61,923 nucleotides of DNA, filler included, from a candidate division TA06 bacterium SM23_40 (GCA_001303705.1; 4 parts of 4 records of this genome joined end to end with filler, not necessarily neighbours in it); one strand, 5' to 3'; counted from the whole stretch's first letter, positions 50,509 through 60,657 are shown. A program made the numbers and translations. The notes: generated by a model from the letters alone, not told the origin.

Positions 50509-52535
50509 TCAAGCCCTTTTGCTGGCGAGGAGCAAGCTGCACGCCCTGCCGGAAGCGGCCCTCGCCTCGGCGATCTGATGTGTAAGTGGAAGCGGTTCAT
50601 GGGCGAGTCCACACACAAACATCCCTTTGACAGGCAGATCGACCGGCGATAGACCGGGATCCGGCACGGTGAGGAATCCATCATCGTCCAGATCCAGACC
50701 GAATGCGGCAGCGAGCTCGCGGTTCTCCGCTGCTGAGGCAACGCCTGCAGCGAGCACGAGCACATCCGGCTCCAACCGGATCGGCTCATCTGTCCCGGTG
50801 TCACGCACCTCGATCGTGAGCCGCTCACTGTCGACGAGGGTGGGCATCCCGGCAAATCTGACGAACTCGACCCCCGCCTCCTCAGCCTGATACAGCTGCT
50901 CCTCTCCGAACCCGTATGTTCTCAGGCCCTGGTGAAGGATGTAAACCTTTCCCTCCGGATCGAGCGTCCGCACCCTGAGAGCATCCCGCAGCGCAACGTC
51001 GCAGCAGATGCTGCTGCAATAGGGCCGTTCTCCACAGCGTGAGCCGACACACTGGATCATGACGACGGTGCCGAAGGTCTGTCCGATCTGAGAGAGCCGC
51101 CGGGAGAACTCGACCTGAGTTGCTACCAGAGGGTCTTCTCCGTATCGATACAGGGCTGGCCGGTATTCTTGCCCCTTCCCGCTCACGATGATGGCACCGT
51201 GCTCCAGAACGGTCTCCCTCCCCTGTCCGTCGATGAGGGTGCTCGTGAATCCACTGTCCCTCCGGTCGCAGGATGCAATGCGCGACGAGAGGTGAACATG
51301 GATTAATACTTCTGACTCCACGCGGGCCGCAAGCCCGGCGATCCAGTCTCCATCCCCATTCTCCCATCCCACAGCCTGGAGACGATCGAGATCCGTCCCC
51401 AGGTTCTCACCGCTCTCCACGAGGTCGACCTCGAAGCCGAACGACGCAACCTCGAGTGACGCAACACACCCTGCTGCTCCGCCGCCGATGACAAGGACCC
51501 GCGGGGTGCGCTCAGCCCCTTGCTCCTCGGCCCCGGCCTCTCGGTCCGTACCTTTGATGACTTGCTCGACCTCATCTGCGAGGTCCGCCGGCCCTCTCTC
51601 CTCCCGATCGCCGGAGCTTACTATGCTGAGCCGCGTCGGATCGATCCCCAGATCGCAGGCCACGTGAGAGAGAAGAAGATAGTGACTCCTTGGTCGGCAC
51701 CCGACCACCACCAATCGCGAGGGCACCGCGCCCTGCTGCTCCGGCTCACATCGCTCTGTCCCTATGCAGGCTGCGGCCGACACCATCACCCGAGAGACAG
51801 CGGGAAGAGCCCCGCACCGATCTGCCAGATCATCGATCTCCTTCCGGCTATACCGCTCCAGCCCCTGGCGACAGATAAGGACTTCGATCCCCTCCCCTCC
51901 CCCGGACCCCGCTGGCGCAGACTCGCTCTCCACGCTTCGCTCTCCACCATCGACCGGCCCACCGGCTTCTATGCCGGTCGCCGTCAACCCCGCAGCCCTC
52001 GCTGCAGCGAGTGCTCCTCCGATACCCTCACTCACCGCGATTCCGATCCCCATCGGCCCGGCGAACGAGCCAACGGCGAATACGCCCTCGCGCGAGGAGC
52101 AGAGTGAGGCATCGCCATCGCGAACGGCAAAGCCCTGCCTCGTCACCTTGATCCCCGATCGCCGCGCCAGCTCGGCCGCCCCCCTCGGCCCCCGCACACC
52201 AGTCGAGAGCACGACCAGGTCGAACCGATCCGTCTCTTCCCTCTCGCGATGCTTATAACGGACGTCCACATGGCCACTGGCGCCGTCCTCGCACACCTCC
52301 ACGGAATCCACAGGGATGAATCGCACCCTTGGATCACTCTCGAGCAGCGCCAGCGACCGCTCGCCCTCTCTCCCCAGGGGGCGGATATCACGATGGAAGA
52401 CGACCACTTCCGCCGAGGAGATCTTGGCGCAGAGCTCCCTTACCTGTCTGATCATGGCCTGGCAGCAGACCGTGGAGCAGAAGGGAGCGCCGGCATAGAT
52501 ATCACGGGAGCCGACGCACTGGATGAAGCCAATCC
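50509..52535 (-). CDS. HdrA-like FAD/Fe-S protein, 5'-truncated by contig end
   Basis: Two QCVGSR...CS..CC motifs, VLVIGGGAAG, GMFVCGLAHEP. Confidence 0.82.
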
Positions 52536-52635
52536 NNNNNNNNNNNNNNNNNNNNNNNNNNNNNNNNNNNNNNNNNNNNTTAATTAATTAANNNNNNNNN
52601 NNNNNNNNNNNNNNNNNNNNNNNNNNNNNNNNNNN
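52536..52635. other. artificial contig linker
   Basis: N44-TTAATTAATTAA-N44. Confidence 0.98.
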
Positions 52636-53143
52636 TGTCGCCGTAATCAACGTCGGCGCGGCCACCGAGACCGAGATGAAAGAGAAGAAAGCCAGAGTCG
52701 AGGACGCTCTTCATGCCACCCGAGCCGCGGTCGAGGAAGGTATCGTGCCGGGCGGCGGTGTCGCGTTCCTCCGCGCCATTCCCGCGCTCGACAAGCTGAC
52801 CAAGCTCGAGGGCGATGAGAAGGTCGGTATGATGATCGTGAGGCGCGCGCTCGAAGAGCCCTCGCGTCAGCTGGTGGAGAATGCCGGGCTTGAAGGTTCC
52901 GTGGTCGTGGAGCGCCTGAAGAAGGAGAAGACGAACGTCGGCTTCAATCTGAACAATGAGGAGTACGAGGATATGTTCGGGGCCGGCGTAATCGATCCCA
53001 CGAAGGTGACGAGGATTGCGCTGCAGAATGCCGCCAGCATCGCGGGGCTCCTTATAACGACCGAGGCGCTCGTGGCCGAGATTCCGGAGAAGAAGGAAAA
53101 GATGCCGGCCGGCCCTCCTGGCGGATACGGTGACATGTACTAG
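52636..53143 (+). CDS. groEL: chaperonin GroEL, C-terminal part
   Basis: [44 protein letters not shown]. Confidence 0.97.
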
Positions 53144-53207
53144 ACATGTACTAATCGGGCGCCAGCAGGGCGGGGCGGTTCCGGGCGAGGTGCGTTCGTC
53201 GAGTGAG

Positions 53208-53315
53208 GCAGGGTCGCCGCTCGCGGCAGGGTCGTCACATGGAGCAGGGTCGCCGCGCGGAGGAGGGTCACAGCCCGGAGCAGGCCGGCCAGCCGAAGCA
53301 GGTCCGTCGCGCAAC
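53208..53315 (+). repeat. degenerate 18-bp tandem repeat (six units, GCAGGGTCG-led)
   Basis: Units at 53208, 53226, 53244, 53262, 53280, 53298. Confidence 0.65.
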
Positions 53316-53591
53316 AGCCTGTTCGCGTCCGGATCCGTCGAGCGAACACGTCCGGCCAGGCAGAACGCTTTGGACAGATTGCCCGGCAGAACGTGACATA
53401 TGCCGCGGGCTGCAGCCATGGATCAGGTGGGAGAGACGTTGTGTTGCATCGTGTTGGCTGCCGCCCCCGTTCCAACCCATCCGGCCGCATCAGACGCGGC
53501 CAGGTACACTGCCCCCAATCGAGCTCGATCGAAGACGAAGCGGCCGGCGCAACTTCGGCGATCTCCGAACACCGATGCCAGGGATTGACCC

Positions 53592-53942
53592 ATGCCAACG
53601 TATGAATACAAGTGTCGCAAATGCGGGTACGACTTCGAGGAGTTCCAGAACATCACCGATCCTCCACTCAAGCGTTGCCCCATCTGCAAGGGCCGGGTGG
53701 ATCGTCTGATCGGGGCGGGAGCCGGGATCCTGTTCAAGGGACCGGGGTTCTACGCGACTGACTACAGATCGAGCGAATATCGCAACCGGGAGAAGCAGGA
53801 CCTCGCTCCGGCGGCCGGTGATACAAAAACAGCCGAACGCTCGGAAACCGGAGGAGAAGCCACGGAGAGGAGCACAACCCGTAAGGTCGAATCGCCTGCC
53901 GACAGGGCGAAGGGGTCGAAGAGAAAGACCCGGAAGAAGTAG
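53592..53942 (+). CDS. FmdB family zinc-ribbon protein
   Basis: MPTYEYKCRKCG...CPIC...FKGPGFYATDY. Confidence 0.92.
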   Translation: MPTYEYKCRKCGYDFEEFQNITDPPLKRCPICKGRVDRLIGAGAGILFKGPGFYATDYRSSEYRNREKQDLAPAAGDTKTAERSETGGEATERSTTRKVESPADRAKGSKRKTRKK

Positions 53943-54005
53943 ATACGTCTCAGTGCTGGCCAATGCCCCGGGGCACTACCATCGAGCCACGATATGGGTT
54001 TTGGC

Positions 54006-54034
54006 TTGACAACTTCTCGGCGATCGAGTACCTT
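54006..54034 (+). promoter_or_regulatory. putative sigma70 promoter for tRNA-Asp
   Basis: TTGACA, 17-nt spacer, TACCTT. Confidence 0.5.
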
Positions 54035-54123
54035 ACGGGAGGCGGCGAAGGTCGCGGCGGCGCGTCTGCAGCCTTCGCCTTATTCTTGCCCCTTGTCATA
54101 TCGTTTCATCAATGTCACCGTTA

Positions 54124-54202
54124 GGGCCCGTAGTGTAGCCTGGTTTAACACGCCGGCCTGTCAAGCCGGAGAGCGCCGGTTCAAATCCGGTCGGGCCCGC
54201 CA
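54124..54202 (+). tRNA. tRNA-Asp(GTC)
   Basis: Acceptor GGGCCCG/CGGGCCC, anticodon arm CCGGC-CTGTCAA-GCCGG, T-arm GGTTCAAATCC, encoded CCA. Confidence 0.96.
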
Positions 54203-54215
54203 GTTGTGAGTTTCG

Positions 54216-54246
54216 AGCCCTTTGGCGACAATGTCAAAGGGCTTTC
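54216..54246 (+). terminator. intrinsic terminator after tRNA-Asp
   Basis: AGCCCTTTG...CAAAGGGCT hairpin followed by a short T-run. Confidence 0.65.
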
Positions 54247-54525
54247 TGCGCAATGCTCTGATAGATCCCAGGTTTTGTCGACATTTAGCTTGACCCACCT
54301 GACAAAGATGTGAGAATATATCAGGGATTGAGGTGGGCTCAGCCCGGTGCCTGTGCATATCGGGCTTTTTCCGTGGTCTCCTGATGAGGTACCCGAGTCT
54401 CCAGCAGGGCACAGGGATTCGAACTCGTCTTCTTCTATTGTCGTCCTTCAGGAAGTGACAGCACCTCCGTGCGAGAGGCAGCCAACAGACCTCGTGTCGC
54501 TCTGCAGCCGTGGGGTAGAACTGAA

Positions 54526-55839
54526 ATGTGCAAACAAAGAAACATCTTGTTTCTGGTCATCGATACCTTGAGAGCTGATATGTGCTTCGGAGAGGACAGG
54601 CCCGTAAAAACGCCTACCATCGATTATCTGAAAAGCCAGGGCACAAGCTTCACCCAAGCCATATCGGTTGGGAGTGTCACCCTCACAACGGTATCCAGTA
54701 TGTTGACAGGCCTCTATCCATTTGTCCATGGTGTCATCGCGAACCTCGCCGATGTTGAGGGCTTGCTGGAGCCCCTTGTCCTTAACCCTAAGTGCATAAC
54801 GCTGCAAGAGATCCTACGAAGAAGCGGATACCATACATATGCGATGGTCACAGGACCTCTCGCTGAATACGTGGGATTGGTTAGAGGATTTGAGGAATAT
54901 TCCCACAGAGATTGGAGGAGAGAGACGATATACACAGATTGGGGAGGGCGACTCAAAGAGACCATCCGGAATCGCAAACTGAAAGAACCATGGTTCCTCT
55001 TCCTGCATCTCTGGGATGTCCACTTACCCAGAGTAGTCCCGAGATCGTTTAATCGATATGAGTATGGCCGGAACCGATATGAGAGGGCAATTTCCTGTCT
55101 GGACCATCATCTGCAAGAACTTTTTGACCTACTTGACTTCAATGAGACGATTCTTCTCATTCATGGAGACCATGGAGAAAATCTCGCTTTCCCTCCCCTT
55201 CTGCTCAGGCCACTGTTCTTCACCAAAGCGGGCAGATTCCTGAATGCGAGGGTCCATATCTTGGGCAAGTTAAGGTACCTCAGAAGAAGGTTCGCGACTC
55301 CACGCCTCCGAAACCGCACTATTGGGTGGGTCGCTCATGGTGACTTTCTGTTAGATTTCCTGGTGAGAGTTCCTTTAATCGCAATAGGAAAAGGTATCTT
55401 CCCTGAAGGCATGATAATCTCTAGCCAGATATCACAAGTAGATATTCTGCCCACCATACTCGATGCCGTAGGCCTTTACGACAGACTAGATCAGAGAATC
55501 CACGGAAGGAGTCTTATGCCATTCGTCGAAGGCAAGCCCTTTCCAGATAGGCCTGTGTATCTTGAAACAGGGAGACATGTCGCTATCAGGACACCAGAAT
55601 GGAAGCTCATCATTGACAAATCTGTGCCGGGCACGTCAGAGCTTTACAATCTCGAGAAGGACCCTGTGGAAGAGTGCAATCTCATAGGTAGCGAGGAGGA
55701 AATAGCCCTGAGCCTAGGACGAGCGTTGCGCGAAATACGCTCTCTGGACTTCGAAGAGCTATCCTCGGCACCATCGGAGATAGCAGGAGGCGAGAGAAGG
55801 GAAATCGAGAGGAATCTGAGAGATATGGGCTACTTGTAG
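54526..55839 (+). CDS. sulfatase-like hydrolase (alkaline phosphatase superfamily)
   Basis: NILFLVIDTLRAD, SMLTGLYP, HLWDVHLP, GDHGE, ELYNLEKDPVE, LRDMGYL. Confidence 0.88.
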   Translation: MCKQRNILFLVIDTLRADMCFGEDRPVKTPTIDYLKSQGTSFTQAISVGSVTLTTVSSMLTGLYPFVHGVIANLADVEGLLEPLVLNPKCITLQEILRRSGYHTYAMVTGPLAEYVGLVRGFEEYSHRDWRRETIYTDWGGRLKETIRNRKLKEPWFLFLHLWDVHLPRVVPRSFNRYEYGRNRYERAISCLDHHLQELFDLLDFNETILLIHGDHGENLAFPPLLLRPLFFTKAGRFLNARVHILGKLRYLRRRFATPRLRNRTIGWVAHGDFLLDFLVRVPLIAIGKGIFPEGMIISSQISQVDILPTILDAVGLYDRLDQRIHGRSLMPFVEGKPFPDRPVYLETGRHVAIRTPEWKLIIDKSVPGTSELYNLEKDPVEECNLIGSEEEIALSLGRALREIRSLDFEELSSAPSEIAGGERREIERNLRDMGYL

Positions 55840-55904
55840 CGCACGGTATCGGAGCGATACAATCAAGTAAGGACAGTGGGCTTAAGTGAGTCTTGCCCCG
55901 GGGG

Positions 55905-57056
55905 ATGAGGATGGCGCGTATCAAGACAAGGAATATCTCCAGTAGTTTCATGCGAACACGAAATCTGTTTTGGCGGGTCGTGGCGAGGCCACAGCCTCGC
56001 CACGTGGGACGACTCCTTTTCGGCGAGCAGTGGGCTGGGAGATTGCTATCCTGGCTACCTTGGGAAAGAATCATTGCGTATCCTCCGTTTGTAGATGCGG
56101 AGCTTACAGTGGATTGCAATCTGAAGTGTCCCATGTGTCTTCACCAGGCGATGCCGCTAGGGCGCGGCTTCATGGATGAGCATCTATTCCGTAATATCGT
56201 TGACCAGATTAGCTGTCACAGAGGGGTACTTCTTATTCTATGTGGGCGTGGAGAGTCAATGCTTCATCCGAAGTGGGAAGAGTATGTTGTCTATGCCAAG
56301 CGAGCTGGCGTAAGCCCAATGCTCGTAGTCACTAACGGCACACTCCTCAACCGTGACAAAGCCTCGCTCTTGGTCGATCTCGGCGTCGAGCAGGTTCTGG
56401 TGGCAGTCGATGGCGCCTCCAAAGAGACCTACGAAGCAATGAGAGTTGGCGCCAATTTCGAGCAGGTTCTGGGGAATATCCATAGGCTGATTGAGCTGAG
56501 GGCCAGAGCTGGCACACGCAAACCTCGGATCCTGGTACGTATGATCGTGACTCCCGACACTCAGCACGAAGTGGATGCGTTCACCGAATACTGGCAGGGG
56601 CGTCTCAGTGAATATGACGAGATCAAGATCGGCACCCTGATCACTTGGGCGCCAATCAGGGATGCAGAACCCATTGTATCTCAGCTAGAGGCGTCCGAAT
56701 ATGCGTCCGTTCGTCGTCAGCCTCAGCTGATGGCTCCCTGTACGGCCCTTTGGAAAGGATTACTAGTCTACCACAATGGAATGATGTCTGCCTGCTGTCT
56801 TCGTGACTCGAACACATCGCTCTTGAGCACCAATGCGAACACGGACTCGATAGCGGATGCCTGGAGATGTCCGGCATTGAAGAAGGCGCGCCGTCTCCAT
56901 CTCTTGCGGCGCAAGCTTGACATTCCCGTCTGCCGTCGATGCGTAGCGCTGATGTATGCGGCTCAAGTGCAACAAGAAAAGGCAGATCCAGATGCTTTGC
57001 GGGCTGCGAGCTGCCAACCTAGAGAGGCTGGGGGCGGGGTCGTTGGTAGGTTCTGA
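55905..57056 (+). CDS. radical SAM/SPASM domain protein
   Basis: CNLKCPMC, GESMLHP, TNGTLL, SPASM PCTALW...ACC...CRRC. Confidence 0.88.
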   Translation: MRMARIKTRNISSSFMRTRNLFWRVVARPQPRHVGRLLFGEQWAGRLLSWLPWERIIAYPPFVDAELTVDCNLKCPMCLHQAMPLGRGFMDEHLFRNIVDQISCHRGVLLILCGRGESMLHPKWEEYVVYAKRAGVSPMLVVTNGTLLNRDKASLLVDLGVEQVLVAVDGASKETYEAMRVGANFEQVLGNIHRLIELRARAGTRKPRILVRMIVTPDTQHEVDAFTEYWQGRLSEYDEIKIGTLITWAPIRDAEPIVSQLEASEYASVRRQPQLMAPCTALWKGLLVYHNGMMSACCLRDSNTSLLSTNANTDSIADAWRCPALKKARRLHLLRRKLDIPVCRRCVALMYAAQVQQEKADPDALRAASCQPREAGGGVVGRF

Positions 57057-57061
57057 ACGTT
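57036..57061 (+). repeat. 26-nt core repeat copy A
   Basis: GGGGTCGTTGGTAGGTTCTGAACGTT, 24/26 to the copy C core; supplies the radical SAM stop codon. Confidence 0.85.
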
Positions 57062-57365
57062 ATCTCCGCTCTTGCTCCAGGGATGCAAACGACGTCAGTT
57101 CGTCAAGAAACACACAATCGGAGGCCCTGAACGTATTGCAGTAGGTGATAGTCAGAGCTGAGGAGGAGATGGTACTCCCCATGGCTATTCAAGAAGTCTC
57201 AATGCGGCAGCCATATCTTTCGCGATCATCCGTCTTCTACGCTATTCAATGAAGCAATTTGGACCCGCCAGGTCAGTGTTTCGATCACCTTCAGGTGCCC
57301 ATCACATAACTGGCTACGTTCCCCTCCAATCAGTCCATCCCCTGTATGTTACCGTATCAAGCAAT

Positions 57366-57389
57366 GTGAGCGCCCCCAGGGGTGCTCAC
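57366..57389. terminator. stem-loop between convergent genes
   Basis: GTGAGCGCCCC/GGGGTGCTCAC inverted repeat. Confidence 0.4.
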
Positions 57390-57541
57390 TAGCGTCTCAC
57401 CGACTTTCATTCCTGGGCCCCTTGTCCCCTTGAAAGGTATCGGGCAACGCCCATCAGACACTCCCCCTACGTGCCCACGGAATACGATCTGTGATCCCAA
57501 GGACTGACCAAGCAGCAACACCCGTAATTTCTCTTCTTACT

Positions 57542-58813
57542 TCAGTCATCAGTCTTCAGTCGGAATTCGAGATAGTCGGAGTAATCGATCAACTTCCCCC
57601 TCTCGTCCAGTGGGTCTGGCCCCTCACCCAAATAGAACTTCACGCTCAGACTCCTCCTCTGGGTATCGTACAGTGCATGCCAGAGCGTTCTACCCGGGGC
57701 ATAGTCCGGATGATCAAACCCTGTCCCGGTATAGGCAACACTCGAGTTAATGACCTTCATCTCCCCGATATCGAATTGCTGCCTGCCTACGATCGATGCA
57801 TGCATTGTCCTGTATCTATCATAGCTGTCTGTTCGTGCCTCCTGCGGGAGCTGTTCAATCGATTCATAGCTAGAGAGGAGATGATTTGTCACACATTGTG
57901 GCCCTTCTCCATCAACAATGGCAGTCGAATTACGTGAAGATGAGAATTCGAACACAAATGACTCACCGCTCTCGTCGGCAATGATATAGTGGCAGGGTAT
58001 AAACGAGTAGTAGTGCTTCAGGCCCAACATCGCCTCTTTTGCCTCCTCCACATCGCTGCAATTGTCCAGCAGGTACCGCAGACACAAGAGCTCGTGCGTG
58101 CCGACCCCTTGAGATCTATCCAGGCCGTATTCCAGCATCGTCTCTTCCTCGGCCAGAACGGCAACAACCAGCCCTTCCGAGTTCACTCCATCCAACACCC
58201 CACCCAACAGGTCAAAAGCACACAGAGAAAGGGATGCATAGCCCTCTTCGGGGTACAATTCGAAGATATACGGTCGCGACATCGCCGCCATCTCGTTCTC
58301 GCCCGGACGCCTCCCTTGCAGTGTCCCTGTAGTGAAGTCGTAGTTCCGGCTCAAGATACCTCGCCCGCCCTTCGTGAATGCACCCGGGAAGAATACGGCT
58401 GAGCAACCCCACACATTACTCGGATACTGAGAGAGCGCCGAGAAGTCGTAGCCATCGTCCCGGATGTCCAGGCCGTAGGCGTCGGCAACTCCTTTCATCC
58501 GTTCATAGAGTATCGGGTAGTTCCTGGTGATGTACTCACGTTGCACTCCGTTTCTCGTCCGGTCACCGTACGGAGTCATTCGAACGCCAACATCCTGCGC
58601 GATCTCCGCGATCTTCTTCCCGATAGCGTAGTTGGAGCCCTTGATTACGACATGCCGGACCTCCATGAACTGATCAGGGCCTCCGGCGATTACTGTCTCT
58701 CTGAAATAGACCTGTTCTGAATCAGATCTCTCGGTGGCCTCCCAGTTCGCACAGCCAGCAACGAAAAAGACGAGCATAAGGACTGACAACGTCTTTGACC
58801 TTGACTTGAGCAT
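57542..58813 (-). CDS. C45/Ntn-hydrolase family lipoprotein
   Basis: Lipobox VAGC; GCSAVF nucleophile, SRNYDF, DGVNSEGL, VTNH. Confidence 0.82.
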   Translation of the reverse strand: MLKSRSKTLSVLMLVFFVAGCANWEATERSDSEQVYFRETVIAGGPDQFMEVRHVVIKGSNYAIGKKIAEIAQDVGVRMTPYGDRTRNGVQREYITRNYPILYERMKGVADAYGLDIRDDGYDFSALSQYPSNVWGCSAVFFPGAFTKGGRGILSRNYDFTTGTLQGRRPGENEMAAMSRPYIFELYPEEGYASLSLCAFDLLGGVLDGVNSEGLVVAVLAEEETMLEYGLDRSQGVGTHELLCLRYLLDNCSDVEEAKEAMLGLKHYYSFIPCHYIIADESGESFVFEFSSSRNSTAIVDGEGPQCVTNHLLSSYESIEQLPQEARTDSYDRYRTMHASIVGRQQFDIGEMKVINSSVAYTGTGFDHPDYAPGRTLWHALYDTQRRSLSVKFYLGEGPDPLDERGKLIDYSDYLEFRLKTDD

Positions 58814-58870
58814 CTCTGGTCCTCCTTCCCTGCTCCAAAACCCATCCGCCGACCATTCGGGGACGCCTTC

Positions 58871-58984
58871 GGGGACGTTGGTAGGTTCAGAAGGTTGTCG
58901 TTCCTCGCGCTCGCGCCGCCCGTGCTCCAGATCCCGAGAAGAAGGACGTCCTGGCTTCAGGGACGTTAGTAGATATTGACGGTT
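58871..58984 (+). repeat. intergenic repeat copy B (78-bp unit plus degenerate second core)
   Basis: 58871-58948 is 67/78 identical to 59896-59973; second core AGGGACGTTAGTAGATATTGACGGTT at 58959-58984. Confidence 0.9.
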
Positions 58985-59055
58985 ATATGATCCGCCATTC
59001 TTCCGAGAACCGAATCTCACCCACCAGCAGGCAGTTTCGACACCATCTCCAACAG

Positions 59056-59877
59056 CTATTTGGCTTTCTTACCACAAAACATTGAATAAGTGAAGAATGC
59101 GTAGTAGTCGGGAAGATTCAGAATGAAGTCCGGTGACTCTGGTTGACTGAGACGCTGATACGCTGCCCAGTCTTCTTGCGTCAAATCTGACTGCGCTCCC
59201 GGCCAGCACATATCGAAGAGTGACACCAAGGCACTGCGGACTTCATCAGTTAGCGGCGCGTGAACGTCGCCCACGAAGGTCTGGACCGTAGGTTCCTCGA
59301 AGCCCGCTCCACGGAACCACCCCAATGCCCGCGGGAAGTGCAACTCCGGCCTCCTCCCCCTGACAAAAGGAGCGATCCCGGAACAGGCCGCATTCAGCCG
59401 GGCCTCCAATAGGGCGTACCCCGGGAGTAGTTGCTGAGAAGACCAGCCGAGGATGGCCACCGTGCCGCCGGGCTTTGTCACCCGCACGAGCTCGTCCAGC
59501 AGGGATACAGACTCTCCCGCCGGGTAGCCCACGCAGTCAACACTCCATATCCAGTCAAAGCTATTATCGTCGAAAGGGAGTTCCTTCACGTCTCCCTTCT
59601 GGAACGACACACGTTCCGACAGCCCAGACTTTCCGGCGGTCTCCTCCGCCCGAGCCAAGAAATCAGGCGATATGTCGAGGCCAGTGACGTGGCCAGCTGG
59701 TGACACCGCATCCGCCAACAACAGAGCGTGACTCCCAATCCCGCATCCCGCATCGAGTCCCTGGCTCCCAGAAGGAAGCTGCAGTGCCTCGATCGCCCTA
59801 CGAATGACCGGCTCCCTCAAGAAATCGGACAGATAGAGCTTGTCTGTGTATGTGTCACTGCCCCTTTCGTCTGCCAT
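59056..59877 (-). CDS. class I SAM-dependent methyltransferase
   Basis: GLDAGCGIG, GLDISP, LPFDDNSFD, KPGG. Confidence 0.9.
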   Translation of the reverse strand: MADERGSDTYTDKLYLSDFLREPVIRRAIEALQLPSGSQGLDAGCGIGSHALLLADAVSPAGHVTGLDISPDFLARAEETAGKSGLSERVSFQKGDVKELPFDDNSFDWIWSVDCVGYPAGESVSLLDELVRVTKPGGTVAILGWSSQQLLPGYALLEARLNAACSGIAPFVRGRRPELHFPRALGWFRGAGFEEPTVQTFVGDVHAPLTDEVRSALVSLFDMCWPGAQSDLTQEDWAAYQRLSQPESPDFILNLPDYYAFFTYSMFCGKKAK

Positions 59878-59895
59878 AGAAGCACTCCTCACAAC

Positions 59896-59992
59896 GGGGA
59901 CGTTGGTAGGTTCTGAAGGTTACCGTTCCTCACGCTCACGCCGCCCGCGCTCTACATCCCTCGAAGAGGGACGGTGATGAGTTCTGAAGGTT
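59896..59992 (+). repeat. intergenic repeat copy C (78-bp unit overlapping a degenerate second core)
   Basis: GGGGACGTTGGTAGGTTCTGAAGGTT at 59896; AGGGACGGTGATGAGTTCTGAAGGTT at 59967-59992. Confidence 0.9.
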
Positions 59993-60021
59993 AACCGCCC
60001 TATCTGCCAGACCGACGAGCC

Positions 60022-60657
60022 CTAATCCAGAAGGCGATCGTCTTTGTGTCTCTTCAGGAATCTGGCGTACCGGCGCGTGAGCTCGGGCATTATCGATTGC
60101 CCAGCGGGTGCCCGCTCCAGACCGAATATCTCTCGAGGAAAATCCAGAGACTCCTGAACAGCCCAGATCTCATCGTGGCGTCCCGGAGGAAGGATCGCGA
60201 CCGGATCGCCCACCGCCACCCATCCGATAGGTACTACACTATCTTCGGGAAGTATCGTCTTCAAGTGAACAACTCCGTTGATCCTTACCTCAGACCGCGC
60301 GCCGATCCGCGCCCCGTTGAAGACCGTCACACCCGTTGCCAGGAACACGTCATCTTCTATGGTGCAGCCGCTCAGGTAGGCGCGGGGGCCGACTAGAACG
60401 TTGCTGCCCACCTGAGCGTGGTAGCGACGGGTCCCCCGGATGACCGCATTCTCCATGACGACACACTGGGAACCGATGACAACAGACCCGCCTTCAGCTA
60501 CCAGTACGGCGCCAAAAGCAACGTAGCTGTCAGCGCCGACGGTGACGTCTCCGCAGACCACTGCTGTCGCAGCCACATGGGCTGATTTGTGGATATCCGG
60601 GCGTTTGCCTTGATGTTCGAAAAGCACTGCGAGACCTCCATCTGCCCTCGTGTCCAT
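60022..60657 (-). CDS. gamma carbonic anhydrase-like / hexapeptide-repeat protein
   Basis: PDIHKSAHVAATAVVCGDVTVG, left-handed beta-helix repeats. Confidence 0.85.
   Translation of the reverse strand: MDTRADGGLAVLFEHQGKRPDIHKSAHVAATAVVCGDVTVGADSYVAFGAVLVAEGGSVVIGSQCVVMENAVIRGTRRYHAQVGSNVLVGPRAYLSGCTIEDDVFLATGVTVFNGARIGARSEVRINGVVHLKTILPEDSVVPIGWVAVGDPVAILPPGRHDEIWAVQESLDFPREIFGLERAPAGQSIMPELTRRYARFLKRHKDDRLLD

Noticed and set aside
29113-52635. Three identical TTAATTAATTAA motifs within N runs
   Set aside because: Artificial six-frame-stop contig linkers, not biology; ORFs running into them are truncated
58814-59020. N-terminal extension of the 492-aa ORF
   Set aside because: It is read-through of intergenic repeat B; the RBS and signal peptide point to a start at 58813
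58871-59992. Classical integron attC sites
   Set aside because: No paired RYYYAAC...GTTRRRY ends or long imperfect palindrome; no intI in the window
57036-59992. CRISPR array or group II intron remnant as the explanation for the repeats
   Set aside because: Long copies are separated by whole genes, there are no cas genes, and no domain V (GAGCCG...GTACGGTTC) is visible
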